From Savitreella phatthalungensis (taxonomy: Eukaryota), in assembly GCA_051599415.1 (NCBI GenBank), contig AP039700.1, forward strand, positions 124,001 through 188,000: a stretch of DNA of 64,000 bases, read 5' to 3'. The notes below the pieces were generated by a model. It was not told the DNA's origin. It worked only from the letters and a program-made list of their open reading frames with translations, and did no database searches. The position numbers and the translations under genes were made by a program. Positions 12,035 to 24,300 of the stretch are shown piece after piece. Positions within the stretch are counted from its first letter, which is position 1, and each line of letters begins with the position of its first letter.

Positions 12035-13468
12035 ATGTCATCGGGTGTGGAATCGAGAGGCGAGTCTCCAAGCCATAGTCGCCCTGGGTCAACTCGACCC
12101 GATCATGGTGCAGCCAGTCTGAGACGATCCCTTATGGACTCGCGATCTAGTCGCGCGGACCCGGCGCCTCCATCAACGACAACACCCGCAGACTCGAAGG
12201 CTGCACATGGACAAAAGCGAAATGCAGATCAACTGGGATCTCACACACAGCTGAAAGCTCTCCAGACACGATACGTCCAGGCTCACACAGCGATCATAAA
12301 ATGCGTCGGATGGAATAGTACAGGCTCGCGTGTAGCGACGTGCTCGACGGATCGGCTTGTCAAGATCTGGAACCCTGACAAACTCCCAAAGACGACAGAC
12401 GTCGGGACTAGCGCAGGTCCTGGCGGTGTAGATCCGCGTGCTGCAAGAATGGCCTCAGCAGCTTCCGCTTCCGCAACACAATCCACTGCTTCGCAAGGCG
12501 GCATAATTATGCCAAACTCAACAGGCTCGACTGCCAATGGCCAGTACGTCTGGACCCTGCACGGACACACGGCGAGCGTAGAGAAGCTAGCGTGGGATCC
12601 GACTCACAGCGACAGGTTGTGTACGGTCTCGCTCGATCGGACGCTGCGGCAGTGGGATTACCGGACGACGCGCGAACTATGGAGCTGTGATCTGGGTATA
12701 TCGCTCATCAACGTTGCATACTCTCCAGATGGACAGCATGTGATTGTCGGTTCTCGTGACGACACGATCTTTGTTGTTGACCTCGTCGCTCGGAAGGTGG
12801 TCTCGCGTTGGAAGGAGGAGAAGACAAACATCAATGAGATGGCTTGGAGCAACGCCGGCACACACCTCGCCTTGTCGACGCAGCGAGGCACAGTCAAGAT
12901 TCTTGAGAGACACCCAAAGCCAGCGCGTCCAGTCAAGGCGGTCGTATACACACCCAACGAATTTTCGAAAGATGACAAGGTTGGACCGGAGAAGATGGAG
13001 ATTTCGAGCGACGAGTCCATGACTTTCACACCTGTCGCAGAGCTTGAGTCCAATACTTCGGCGGCATACTCCCTTGCATTTGATCCGCTTGGACGCTACC
13101 TGTGCGTCGGTGGGGCGGACGCGATTTGCACAGTCTTTCGACTGGGTGATTGGATACCGCTCAAGGCTCTTATAAAGTGCACGAAAGCCGTGCGCAGTCT
13201 TAGCTTTAGCCATGATGGGCGATACATAGCCTTGGCAAGTGAGGATCCGCGTATCGAGATCGAATGCTTTGATCCCGAGTTGCCCTCCCAGCACTACTCG
13301 ACCTGGAAAGAACAGCAGGAATTCCGGAAGCGTCGGCGGGAGGAAGAAGCTGAGCTGCTCATACCTACAGGATTCAACCTGCAGGCCGTCAATAGCGTCG
13401 CGTGGCATCCGAATAAGCTCGTTCTGGCGTTCGCAGGCGAAGACAAACTGCTGCGGCTATGCTCATGA
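12035..13468 (+). CDS. TEX1: WD40 protein, probable THO/TREX subunit THOC3/Tex1
   Basis: VGWNSTGSRVATCSTD, GHTASVEKLAWDPTH, LAFDPLGRYLCVGGADA, VRSLSFSHDGRYIALASED, SVAWHPNKLVLAFAG follow the THOC3 pattern. Confidence 0.82.
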   Translation: MSSGVESRGESPSHSRPGSTRPDHGAASLRRSLMDSRSSRADPAPPSTTTPADSKAAHGQKRNADQLGSHTQLKALQTRYVQAHTAIIKCVGWNSTGSRVATCSTDRLVKIWNPDKLPKTTDVGTSAGPGGVDPRAARMASAASASATQSTASQGGIIMPNSTGSTANGQYVWTLHGHTASVEKLAWDPTHSDRLCTVSLDRTLRQWDYRTTRELWSCDLGISLINVAYSPDGQHVIVGSRDDTIFVVDLVARKVVSRWKEEKTNINEMAWSNAGTHLALSTQRGTVKILERHPKPARPVKAVVYTPNEFSKDDKVGPEKMEISSDESMTFTPVAELESNTSAAYSLAFDPLGRYLCVGGADAICTVFRLGDWIPLKALIKCTKAVRSLSFSHDGRYIALASEDPRIEIECFDPELPSQHYSTWKEQQEFRKRRREEEAELLIPTGFNLQAVNSVAWHPNKLVLAFAGEDKLLRLCS

Positions 13469-13478
13469 TCGCTACCGC

Positions 13479-14696
13479 TTACCACCAGCGCTCCGTCTGA
13501 ACGCGATCGCGCGGAACGTCCAGCTTGAGAAGCGATTCCTGCACAAAGTCAGTCATTTGCGCTGGCCCGCATACATAATACAATTTGCCAGCTTCGGCTG
13601 TGTCGCCGTTGATCAGCTTGCGCAGGTCATCGTCATCAATGCGGCGTCCGCGGACCACATTTTCAACGACATTGTCTGAGCCCTTGCGCGACTCAAACAC
13701 TGTTAGCTTCCATCCATGCTGCTGGCGCCTGGCAAAAAGTTGCCGCAACTCGTCCAGATACAGTGCTTCATGCACATCCTTTGTACCGTAGAGCAAGTGG
13801 ACACCTTGTGGGAAAAGACCTTGGGAAGATGCGACTTGCGTCGTGGCGACATGGCCGTCCTGCTGCGTCGCCACAGGTTCGAGCGCATCAAGCGCATGTA
13901 GAATTGATCTCATAGGGTTAATACCGACTCCGCCAGCAACGAGGCCCACACCAGACACACTACCGCCAAGCCTCCTGAAGTTGACCGGTGGAAAATGAAA
14001 TTGTCCTCCAGGGCGAGCGCGGAACAGCTTGGCTGGATCGGCTGTCCCCTCAGTCACAACATCCTGCACGTATCTCGACGCCTCTCGCCAGAGCCAGTCG
14101 GCTACGGGGTTCCGCGGTGCCTTCTGGACCGCTAGCTCGAACTCCCCCTCCTCATAACCGATCTTCGGAGACGAGGTCATGGTGAACCCACCTGCCGGAA
14201 GCCCCTCGACCTCACCACCACCACCATCTCCGCTGCTGCCCGCGGCGACAGGTGGCGGCGGCACCCACAGATCAACCCACTGACCCGCTCGAAACTTGAA
14301 TCTGGGCCGTCCGTCTGTCTCTGTGGTGTCTATACCCGCGCGACCGATGCCTGCGGGCTGGGGCGGGGGTGTGTTAACGGTACTTGCGGCGTCAGGGTAC
14401 GCCTGAGCGATAAGCTGCTTCGGTGTCGCCCTATCCACCCGCAGACTTCGGAATCGCAGGCCCAGGACGTCCTTCGTCAGCGGCGTCGCCTTCACCAAAG
14501 CACATGTGTACATGTCACCAAGTCGAGGCTGACCACCCGTCCGCTGCTCGTGCGTCGTCCGCTCCCCTTCGCTTTTCGGGAGATCGTAGGACTGCGGTGG
14601 CTCGTCTGTGGCCGATGCCATGCCTCGCCGGCAGGCAGAGCGAATGTGGACGGCCGGTTGTGATAGCAACGGCCGTGTTCGCCAGAGAACGTTCAT
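13479..14696 (-). CDS. FNR-family FAD/NAD(P)-binding oxidoreductase (OXNAD1-like), probably mitochondrial
   Basis: FRAGQWVD, GGFTMTSSP, VAGGVGINPMRSI, YYVCGPAQM and C-terminal ERWW. First ATG at 14696 is followed by an Arg-rich presequence. Confidence 0.88.
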   Translation of the reverse strand: MNVLWRTRPLLSQPAVHIRSACRRGMASATDEPPQSYDLPKSEGERTTHEQRTGGQPRLGDMYTCALVKATPLTKDVLGLRFRSLRVDRATPKQLIAQAYPDAASTVNTPPPQPAGIGRAGIDTTETDGRPRFKFRAGQWVDLWVPPPPVAAGSSGDGGGGEVEGLPAGGFTMTSSPKIGYEEGEFELAVQKAPRNPVADWLWREASRYVQDVVTEGTADPAKLFRARPGGQFHFPPVNFRRLGGSVSGVGLVAGGVGINPMRSILHALDALEPVATQQDGHVATTQVASSQGLFPQGVHLLYGTKDVHEALYLDELRQLFARRQQHGWKLTVFESRKGSDNVVENVVRGRRIDDDDLRKLINGDTAEAGKLYYVCGPAQMTDFVQESLLKLDVPRDRVQTERWW

Positions 14697-14970
14697 GGCA
14701 GTAGACGTTGTGGTCTTGATACGCACGCTTAAGAGATGTATTGACAAGTAGTAGTCTGCTCAATAAATTGTCCACGATGCCGTCATATAAAATTGTCCAA
14801 TCAAAATTCGATCTTGCCAGTCGTCGCGCTCAGGCGGTATTGCAGATTTACGTCCTGCGTCGAGTAACTCCTTGAAATTTTCATTGCTAGCTACTGTAGA
14901 GTAAGGTGTAGCTTGGCTGGCGGTGCGATACAGACACTCCGCCGTTCTACATGGGCCTGCAGTACGTGGT

Positions 14971-16383
14971 CTAGTTGAGCAAGAGACGACGTGGGTCCTC
15001 AACGTACTCCTTGACGAGTCGCAGGAAAGTGACTGCCTCTCTGCCGTCGACGAGTCGGTGGTCGTACGTGAGGGCGAGGTACATCATTGGCCTGATTTGT
15101 ACCTGGCCGTTCACAGCCATGGGCCGTTCCTTGACCGCGTGCAAGCCGAGCACTGCAGTCTGTGGCAAGTTGATGATGGGCGTGCCCATGAGCGAACCGA
15201 AAACGCCACCGTTCGAGATGGTGAAAGTGCCACCGGCCATATCCTCGAGGGTCAACTTGTTGTCACGTGCCTTCTTGCCGAGAGCGGCAATCTCACGCTC
15301 GATGCCGACAAAGTCGAGCTGCTCAATGTTGCGCACAATCGGTGTGACGAGACCCTTGTCAGTCGAAACTGCGACCGAGAGGTCGACATAGTCGTGGTAG
15401 ACAATTGTGTCACCTGCACCAGGACCGACAATTGCACCATTGACAGCAGGCACCTCCTTGAATGCCTGGCAACACGCCTTGGCAAAGGCACTGAGGAAAC
15501 CGAGCTTGACACCGTGCTTCTTGAGAATGTCGTCCTTGTACAGCTTGCGCATTTCCATGACGTTGGTCATGTCGACCTCGTTGAAAGTCGTGAGGAAGGC
15601 TGCGGTGTTCTGAGATTCTTTGAGGCGCTCGGCGATGCGGAGACGCATACGATTCATCTTGACGTGACGTTCGTTGCGCAGACCCTGTGCTGGAGCCTCG
15701 GTGGAAGAGGCTGATTCCTGCTGTTTTGGCTGCGATGGAGGTGCACTGGATGACTGTTTTGGTTCTGGCTTTGGCTCTTGCTTCTTAGGTGCTGAGGCAG
15801 ACTCCTGTTTCTTTGGCTCTTCAGCGGCCTTGGGTGTCTCGGACTTGTCCTGCTTCTTCTCCTGTGCAGCCTTGTCCTCTGCGGGCTGCTTTGCTTCCGA
15901 AGTGGCCTTCTCGTCGCCTCCGGAAGTCGAGGACGAAGCTCCTCCCTCTCCCGGCTCCATTTTGAATAGATCCTGTCCGACCTCTACGGTGTCCTCTTCG
16001 CTGGCAAGGAGCTCGGTGATCGTTCCTGATTCTGGGGCATTGACAGAGACGTCGATCTTGTCAGTCTCGATGGTGGCGACTTCCTCGTCACGCTCGACGT
16101 AGTCGCCAACCTTCTTGTTCCATTGCTTCAGAGTACCTTCCGACAGGGATTCTGCCATTTGTGGAACCTTAACGGTCTTAGCCGCATAGGTGCGGCGCTG
16201 TTGTGCGGCCAGAAGCGAGTTGCTTGCATAGATCTTTGGCACGACGATGGACGACCTGACTGCAGCGGCGAGGATAGCGGGCGCGTTCTGCTGTCGCAAT
16301 GCTACGCGCGATATACATCTGCACTTTGCCAAATTAGCTGAGCGCATTGAAGAGCTCCTGCACGCTCTTGAGAAGCGTTGCAT
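14971..16383 (-). CDS. KGD2: 2-oxoglutarate dehydrogenase E2 (dihydrolipoamide succinyltransferase)
   Basis: Mitochondrial presequence, lipoyl domain [55 protein letters not shown]. Confidence 0.98.
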   Translation of the reverse strand: MQRFSRACRSSSMRSANLAKCRCISRVALRQQNAPAILAAAVRSSIVVPKIYASNSLLAAQQRRTYAAKTVKVPQMAESLSEGTLKQWNKKVGDYVERDEEVATIETDKIDVSVNAPESGTITELLASEEDTVEVGQDLFKMEPGEGGASSSTSGGDEKATSEAKQPAEDKAAQEKKQDKSETPKAAEEPKKQESASAPKKQEPKPEPKQSSSAPPSQPKQQESASSTEAPAQGLRNERHVKMNRMRLRIAERLKESQNTAAFLTTFNEVDMTNVMEMRKLYKDDILKKHGVKLGFLSAFAKACCQAFKEVPAVNGAIVGPGAGDTIVYHDYVDLSVAVSTDKGLVTPIVRNIEQLDFVGIEREIAALGKKARDNKLTLEDMAGGTFTISNGGVFGSLMGTPIINLPQTAVLGLHAVKERPMAVNGQVQIRPMMYLALTYDHRLVDGREAVTFLRLVKEYVEDPRRLLLN

Positions 16384-17388
16384 GGCAATGATGCGTGTCT
16401 AAGGAAGGGCTAGGACGTAGATGAGTGTTGCGGAGCAGAAAGAGTATCCTCAAAAGAATCTATTTGTCTCGGTGATTCTGTGCACGGAACCACAAAGCAA
16501 GCAGGGGCAGGTCTAGCGTTGTCTCCGAAGGCGTCACTGACATTTCCCTTCGTCGACTTTACATCCACCGAATACATCCACCGAATTTTGTCCAATCCAA
16601 AAGGCAATAAGAACGTGGGGAGCCAGTGCCAGTCCAGTTGAAGGGAATTCATCGATTGGAATCAAATCAAATCCATATTTAACCATTCTGGCTGAAAATC
16701 TTAGCCTCCCTCCTTCGGAACAAAGTATTTGGATTAGTGGGATATATCATGAAATACACCTTCTCTTAAGAACTCGATTTGATGCGCACCTTTTGCTGAT
16801 GTCTTGAGACCTCGTTTGACCATAATGATGGATCTAGATGCTCACCGGAGTTCAGCCTCTACTTATTATAGATATCCCAAGCCTAGAAAGTCTAGCCGAA
16901 TTGCTCAGTCGAATTCAATCCCATTGTAATCCAGATTATACATGACAACCCTTAGATTAGAGGGGAATGAGCAGGCAAACGAGCTTCAGGCTATGGGAGC
17001 GGCCCAGAATAAAGCCGGAGTGCGAGTACCAGCAAGCCGGCCACTTCCGTGATTTCAAACGTGTACATGTATGTGGGCAAAGGAATTGATTGAGTGAGTC
17101 AATAGTCGGCCGGGCCGTTGAATAAGGACAAGGCCATTAATGGTCTTAATTGAATGTATGTACGTGTTTGTTCATGTGAGCTCACACAGAGAGCTCTAAG
17201 GCGACGCCAGGAGAGCATGCCGGAGAATTACACGGCTCGTCGAGCCATGCTCCCAAAGTGTACACATAGTCGAGAGTCAATCTTCGTCATCTATGCATGC
17301 ACACACACATAGGCATTGCGAGCTCGCCGACGCCCAACAACACGAAACATAGGCAAACTTGATTTGTCCATCCTTCTGAGATCTGCTT

Positions 17389-18259
17389 CTACTTGACGTA
17401 TGATGAAAGTGCCTCGAGGACCTGTCGTTGAGTCAGCCCTTGATCGCCCGACATTGATGCCTTCTCTGAGCAAATGTGATAGTCTTACCTCGACCTGAAT
17501 CTTGGCCTCTGCGATGTCCTCCTCAGAGCCACCGCCAGATGCAATGCGTTGGGCCTCCTGCAGGTTTGACACAATAGCCTACACAACAAGTCAGTGTTCT
17601 GATGCAGCCAGACACCTCATTTACGCGTGAAGTGGATTTAGCAGATCGGAATGGCTTACCTCGCGAGAGAAGTCCTCGAGCTTGTAGGCCTCTGTGGCGT
17701 TGATCGAGAGCTTAGATCCAGGCTGAACGATGGCGAAGCCACCGGCGACAAAGTACTCCTCCTTGCTGCCTCCCTCTGTGAAGATCTCAAGCAGACCTGC
17801 CTTCAGCTGCTCGACCGAAGGAACATGGTTTGCCAGCACACCCATGTCACCAGAAGTTGACGGAATGTTGACCTGCACACTATCATCGAGTCAGTCAATC
17901 TGCTTATCGGTGGTCCTGTTCATCTCAGCGAAGAGGAGATTTGCCGACTGTATCTATTGCTTGCTGTTCCATTCCCGTAAGTCAGTCGAGGCATTCTGCG
18001 AGATACCTGAACACATTCTCGACGGAATTCATCAGCTTCGCGTACCGATACAATCTCCTCTGGTCGCTGCATCCTTGAACACTTTTCGGAGAGCTTACAC
18101 GTCCTTGTTGGCGAAGACAGCTGTGTGTGGGAGTGAAAGCGACAGACGGATCTTGTCCGCTGGCACTGCCTCTGCGTAACCACGACGCTGGATGGCTGCG
18201 GCCAGGCCGTTTGTAGGGCGCGTACGCACAGCTGACCGAAGAGCGTTGCGGAACATCAT
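17389..18259 (-). CDS. ATP16: Mitochondrial F1 ATP synthase delta subunit; exons 18259-18099, 17879-17660, 17578-17489, 17421-17389
   Basis: Spliced product MMFRNALRS...RRGYAEAVPADKIRLSLSLPH..KDV/VQVNIPSTSGDMGVLANHVPSVEQLKAG..GGFAIVQP..SRE/AIVSNLQEA..EAKIQVE/VLEALSSYVK*. Introns of 219, 81 and 67 nt each have a GTAAG donor, CTGAC branch and YAG acceptor. Confidence 0.95.
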
Positions 18260-19253
18260 GTGCTATGTCTTGAGCTGTCAAGGACACGACAGCTTCTTGA
18301 GCTATTGCTTGAGTATCGTCACGGTACCTGCTGTCCTACACCAACACGGGCAACCAAGCTCTCACTGTCTCTCCCTCGCTGTAGCAGTAGCGGTTTCGGG
18401 CTTGCGCAGAACCGTTCAGTGCGATTGCTTCCGTTCACCTACCGATGATACCTACGAGTTAATCATTGTGGCACAGATTCTATAACTTTTTATCTACAAC
18501 ATTATACCGACAATGAAAATATATGTGCTGCAGCACTAAGCAGTTGAGCTGGAACTGGAATTTAGATAAAACTCCAGCCACAATCCTTCCGCTCACAAGT
18601 TTCGTGTGGTGCTGTCTATTCTGTCATGGCACTCGCATAATTCTTGACGAGGAATCCTCCGGCTTTACACTGTTGTGCCTGCACTATTCACTACAACGGA
18701 TATCGCATCTTTCTCGTGAGAGGAGATGCTCACGTTGCGACCGGGCGGGACAAGGCGAATCTGGACGACGGGCAACGTCTGGCCTGTGCGGAAACTAGCT
18801 CGTTCCAGGCCAGACTGTTGACCTTCTTTCAGCTTTGCTTGATCACCCAAGACACCGCACTCTCGACCTCTGCCCCCGATCCGTCTGCCTTCTCACAGGT
18901 CTTGATGGATCACCATGGCGAGAATCGAATTTTAGATTGTGTCAAGATAGGTCAAAATGCTGTCTCACTTACTCAGCGCTCCACCTTTGTTTACTTCTCC
19001 CATAGGTTGTAAGCGTTCCTTATCATTAAGCAGCGACATCTCCACTCATACACAAAAGAGACAGTACCCGTAAATAGCCCACCTGCTATTGTATTGAGAC
19101 TAAACCTTATTTTTGACCTCGCATGACCACCCGTTCGTATGCTCGCCGGCCTCGCTCTTTGCCTCGTTCGCTATCTATGCCTCTTTCGCATCTCTTCTGG
19201 TACCACGAGCTTTCACTCATTAGGCCGAATGATCGGCACTGACAGCTTCAACA

Positions 19254-21326
19254 CTATGAAGCCTTCTGCTGCTGCTGTTTCCTATTGCGCTTCAGGAAGC
19301 CGAAGACTGCTTTCTTGCGCGACTGCTGCGCCGGAGCCCCGATTGGTGTTTCCACGTCTGGCTTGCCTGACTGACCGTCTGACGTCTGTGCATTCGTAGA
19401 CGGTGTGCTCACATCTGGCGGATCTGAAGAGCCAATGGTGGCGCTCGTCTCTGGTCGATCCGCCGTAGCAGACGCGTGTGTAGATTCGGCCGGTGCACTA
19501 CCATTCGTCGTCACGTTGTGTGCTGCTGCATCAGCAGGTATTGCTGCACCGGTGGACTCCTTGCTTGCGAGCCAAGTCTCCTTGTTCGCTTGAATCTGGG
19601 TCATCAGAGGCGTCATCGTAGGCATTATCTTCGTTAGCGAATTGAATAAAGGCGCCGCAAACAGATTGATGAAGAACACTTGACTATCAGCCTGACGCGT
19701 CTGCTCTGGATCGAATGTTTTTGTGACGGGCATACCGAGGGACTCCTCGAGCCTGCCCTGGTTAAAGAATTCTCGTAGTAAGACGTTCGACCACTCCTGA
19801 GAGACATTGAACGGTCTGGCAACATTACTGATATCTGCGCATTTTGTCAACGCCGCGAACAGCATGAGTGAGAATTTGTCGATCGCCTCTTGGGGAATAT
19901 CGACATTCGGATCGTTTGCCTTGCGGGTTTCCAGGCAAATCGTCTCCATCTCCTTTATTTTGCTCATGTAGTCGAAGTGCAAAGCCATGTCGGTCGACAA
20001 AACGAGTTCCATGATAATTTTGCGCATGTCCTTGTCTTGACACGCCGGCCAGTATCGCGAAAGTATGTGGCAAAGCGTGACGCTGTGCAGGTTTTCCAAG
20101 ACAGAACGGTCATTGTAAAGCAATGCGAGCGGTGACTTGATCGCGACAAGCAGCGCGTTGTTGACGCCTGGATGCCCGCAGTCATGACCAATGCCGACCA
20201 GCATGGCAGCCAACATGTACTTCGGGTTCAGGATGCGAGGCAGCACAGTGCAGCTGATAGGTTGAAACGTCGGACAGCCGTCGTGCATCGGTGGCAGATA
20301 GCCGGCTGAAAGCAAGAAGTAGAAAATCGCCTGCATAACGTCGACCGCATGCCGGAAATTGTGGTAGGGGTTTGTCGCGAAATAAGTATCCTTCACAATC
20401 TCGAGGAAGGCGAAAATACTGCTGTCGGGAAGGTCATATCGTTTGTCATTGAGCGTGGTGAGCACATGTCGGAGCATAAGCAATGGGTAGAACAGCAGTT
20501 CCTGTTCACCGAGTAACAATGATGAGAAGCCCCAGGTCGAGATATTGCTCTGTACCCGTCGGCTATTGGCTGCCAAGAAAACAGTGTCAAACCCACCGGC
20601 GCGATCAGAATCAATCTTGTCAAACGGTAGATGCCAGTGGAACATGCGTGATACACTCGACTTGTCCCCCAAATGTGCCGTCCTCATGCGCTGATTGAGC
20701 GCCTGCCATTCTGCCATAGTAGGCGTGACCTCTGGTCGCTCGTAGTTCTTACTGCCATCTTTGAGCTCGAGGGGTGGGGCTGCCATGTAGCCGAACTTTT
20801 TCCACGTCAAGCATGCCGCACGAGTCGCGTCTTTGATTTCCAGCGGATACGAATACAGTTCATCGGCACCATGTGTCAAGATGTGATATTCCGTAGTGAG
20901 ATCCGCTGTGACTTCGCTGCTGCACGCAACAATGAAACAACGCTGCGGCTTGACACGAGCCACATCTGCCAGTAATAGGAGTCCGGCCGAGGTCGCCAGA
21001 TCAAACTGGCTAGTCTCGACATGAACAAAGATGGTGGTGGGATCAGTGAGATGGCTTTCTGCTGCGCCGAGCCAAGTATGTAGTGCAGCCGCGGAGCCGA
21101 AACAATTGACATGGTCGTAAACTGCGAGCAGACTCCGCGTCGTCGCTGCCGTATGCGTGTCTTGCGCTTTCAAGAATGCATCGAGCTTCGCGATGTCTGT
21201 GCGACTGAGTGTGAATGCAGTGGATGTTTCGAAACGCGCATCTACCAGGGCAACACGGCTATTGCTCGAAATCAGTCGCGCTTGCTCGTGCTTATCGACT
21301 GGCGACAGCGGGTTAAATGCCCCCAT
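19254..21326 (-). CDS. PDE2: Class I high-affinity cAMP phosphodiesterase
   Basis: NPYHNFRHAVDVMQA, HDCGHPGVNN, LYNDRSVLENLH, LSTDMALHF, KCADISNVARPF, EFFNQG. Confidence 0.95.
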   Translation of the reverse strand: MGAFNPLSPVDKHEQARLISSNSRVALVDARFETSTAFTLSRTDIAKLDAFLKAQDTHTAATTRSLLAVYDHVNCFGSAAALHTWLGAAESHLTDPTTIFVHVETSQFDLATSAGLLLLADVARVKPQRCFIVACSSEVTADLTTEYHILTHGADELYSYPLEIKDATRAACLTWKKFGYMAAPPLELKDGSKNYERPEVTPTMAEWQALNQRMRTAHLGDKSSVSRMFHWHLPFDKIDSDRAGGFDTVFLAANSRRVQSNISTWGFSSLLLGEQELLFYPLLMLRHVLTTLNDKRYDLPDSSIFAFLEIVKDTYFATNPYHNFRHAVDVMQAIFYFLLSAGYLPPMHDGCPTFQPISCTVLPRILNPKYMLAAMLVGIGHDCGHPGVNNALLVAIKSPLALLYNDRSVLENLHSVTLCHILSRYWPACQDKDMRKIIMELVLSTDMALHFDYMSKIKEMETICLETRKANDPNVDIPQEAIDKFSLMLFAALTKCADISNVARPFNVSQEWSNVLLREFFNQGRLEESLGMPVTKTFDPEQTRQADSQVFFINLFAAPLFNSLTKIMPTMTPLMTQIQANKETWLASKESTGAAIPADAAAHNVTTNGSAPAESTHASATADRPETSATIGSSDPPDVSTPSTNAQTSDGQSGKPDVETPIGAPAQQSRKKAVFGFLKRNRKQQQQKAS

Positions 21327-24300
21327 GAAAGCGACTGTCGAAGATCGGCGAACTCTCTAGAAAGTCATACACCTGCTGCAATGTCGGTTGTCAACAATAT
21401 GGTCCGAGTGACAAGAGCCGCTGATGGGCGCGTGACGTGACAAGACAACTAAGACAATCCTGTGCGTATGTGCGTGTCTTCAGGCTGCGCTGTATTCGCC
21501 CTGTGAAGTCCCTTCGGCAATCCTGTCGAGAAGGCCTATCCGACAGTAAGCGTAGCGCGATGAGATGATCTCCGTTCCGGCGTGCGACAGCCCACTAGAG
21601 AAGTAATGAAGCGACTCAGAAACTGAGGATTTTGGCGGTTCAGTGAGGTCTTCAGAATCAAAGAAGGACGCCGCACGTCTTGGAGTGTGAACGATGTTCT
21701 AGTTTAGTCGAAGTTGCGTGCCGCTAGATGTGGTGCTCTAGATCGATCGCCATGTGCGTGCCGAGTGAGGAGAGTCAACAGTGCACAGTAAGTCTAATTC
21801 GGTTCAATTCGAATGTAAACTGGGTTGAATAGCTCAAGTAGCCCGAGTCAAAAAGCTCCCAAGCAAAGGATGTCAATCTGAATTAAGCCATTGGAGCACA
21901 GATCAGTACCTATGGTAGCTGAACAGGCTAAATTCCTTGGAATTTCGTTGCACAGACTCCCTTTCAGCTCCGGGATTCTACGTCCGCAGATTTTAAAAAT
22001 CTGTTAGTGGCCAAAGCTTATGTCTCCCTAAATGGAGCAGGCCAAATGTCTCCCTGCCAACAACCCCTGCGATTTTCCGTGTCTGCCGGTCCCTAGGTGA
22101 TCTACTGTAATTAAATTGGACATTCACGGCAAGAGAAGGACACCATCTCCAATCTAAAGAAATTAGAGCTGGAACGGTAGGAAAGTCAGTCGAGGATCGG
22201 GCAATATTTTGACTGCCGTCGGTTTATTTCTCGATAAGAGACACTTGACAGTCTGTTTGTGTGAATCGTTGATTGGGAGGAAAATCAGCGTGGCGGAAGA
22301 ACCCAATCTAGTGGTTTCACTGAAATTATCTTCTGTAAGATGTGAGACCCTGGCTCCTTGGAAGCTGTCATATTCCAGGATGTGTCGGAAGTCAAACGAA
22401 TGCTGTAACGACAAGCAACTTTGTCGCCGCACCGGGCAGATCCCGTTTTTATTCATACCAGCTTCCTTGTCAATTAAGGATCACGTATCCATGGTCGGTC
22501 CAAATTGTGGATGCTTTCAAGAAACCAGCGGGATGCATGGCCACAGATGAGGGGCTATGTTTCGGGGCTGGCATTCGGCGGTCATATGGAGGATTTTACC
22601 GCAGCGGAAAATAATGAAACGGGTATAGGATCTCCAGCTTCTCTGCATGGAAAGATGACGGCAAATGGACTGCAGTGTGACGCTGAGTCTTGATATCATG
22701 GCTCTGTGTCTTGTCAGCACCTTCTTTCTATTGGGCTGAGTAGCGAGAGAGGGAGTACTGGGGATTGCCTACGCTTCAAGCGCACGACAGGAACCTGAGT
22801 AACAGCATTTGATCTAAAGCTATGACGACCATGTAGACGTGGTTGTGACGTATATCTCGCTTGCCTCATACCCTTTACGCAATAGCGTCCGGTCACAATG
22901 GCGGGTATACAACGATGTCGGGGCAGGCATGGACGATGTGTCAAAGCATAACCGCATTACCTATCAATACTGGACAATCCACTTGCTGTCAACTGTCTCA
23001 AACTCCCTTGGCATGTATGATCCTCGCAAAGGCTTCAACGTGCTAGCCAATCAGGTAATCGATCTGCGTCTGGTCGAAAATCTTGTGGCCTCAGCTAGCC
23101 CGACTACATGGACCAAAGTACAACAAGCTGGATGCCAAAAACGTCAACGCGATCGATCGATCGACCTCGCGAGTGACCAGTCACAAAGCGCAGCAGCAAA
23201 CAATGTGATGATTTGACCAGAATCTGTCCTGGTCGAAAGCACGGATTCTCCGCATATCGAAGCATTTCCCATAATTCTTCACCTAAGAAATCGTCATGGT
23301 AAGACTAATGGCAGAGATCATTCGAATGAGAGGATGATGGGAACTGAGGACGGTAGCTGTCAGTGTTATCGAAGTGGCTGACTTTAGCATTACTTATTCG
23401 TTTGCTCGGGCAACCTCTCAGGAGCTCGCTGCTACATCCTCATTCAATAGTCTTCGGCCGATGACGAAAGGGTGCATCGCAACCATCCAAATGCACAATT
23501 GACCTTGTCGATCAAGTATGCGTGCAGCTGCGTGGAAGCAGCTGCACAGATCCTCATGGGACAGAGGTCGCCGAAGCCAAACCCCTAGTGATAGCGGGCA
23601 GACGGGCAGCAAAATAGGGAAACTTGAGTGCCTAAGGCATTGTTAGACGATTCACGTTGTCCGGAAGTCACGTGATGCAATGGGGGCGATAATCAGCATG
23701 GATGTAGCCGCAAAAGCTTGACTATCAGGGAAAGTTCAGCAGACCGCATAACAACGGTGCGCAAATTCAAACCTTGCTGAACGCTTCGGTTGATTGGCAA
23801 GCAGAACCCAGCGATCGAACGCTGCTAGACTCTACTGATCATCGCTGGCACGAAATCTCCATGCCACAGATGACTCCTGTCCATGTATGTCGGTACAAAT
23901 GAAGATAGATGCACGTTAATTGCATCCACTGATTCCGGTTTGAAAGACATGTGGCAATTCTTCCGAATCTGCCCGGAATACATGTGTATGCACAATTGGA
24001 ATTATTGGATTCGATTGTGTACGATCGAGTTGCATGGGAAGCAAGGAAAGCGCGTCATAAAGGAAAATTTTGGTGAAATAATAGTCTCGATCTCCCTTCT
24101 CTCTTCAAATTTGAATGGGAGTTGCGACTTTTACCGGTGGAATATCTGTTCGATGCTTCAATTCTATGTATCATTTCTCTTCCCTCTTTCGACATGGAAA
24201 TTTTTTTAGTCTTCGGGCAAATTCAGATCGCAACCCCGACAGTCTGAGACAGGTCTGAGCCAACAATAACCTCTCCTGTTGCAATCACTCACTCGCTCAT

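Noticed and set aside
14923..15714. 263-aa antisense ORF over KGD2
   Set aside because: Codon-bias shadow of a highly conserved gene.
21330..24280. 3-kb gap with several short ORFs between PDE2 and MIR1
   Set aside because: No coding signal, terminal repeats or transposase motifs. It is consistent with a long divergent regulatory region, with one TCACGTGA E-box near 23668.
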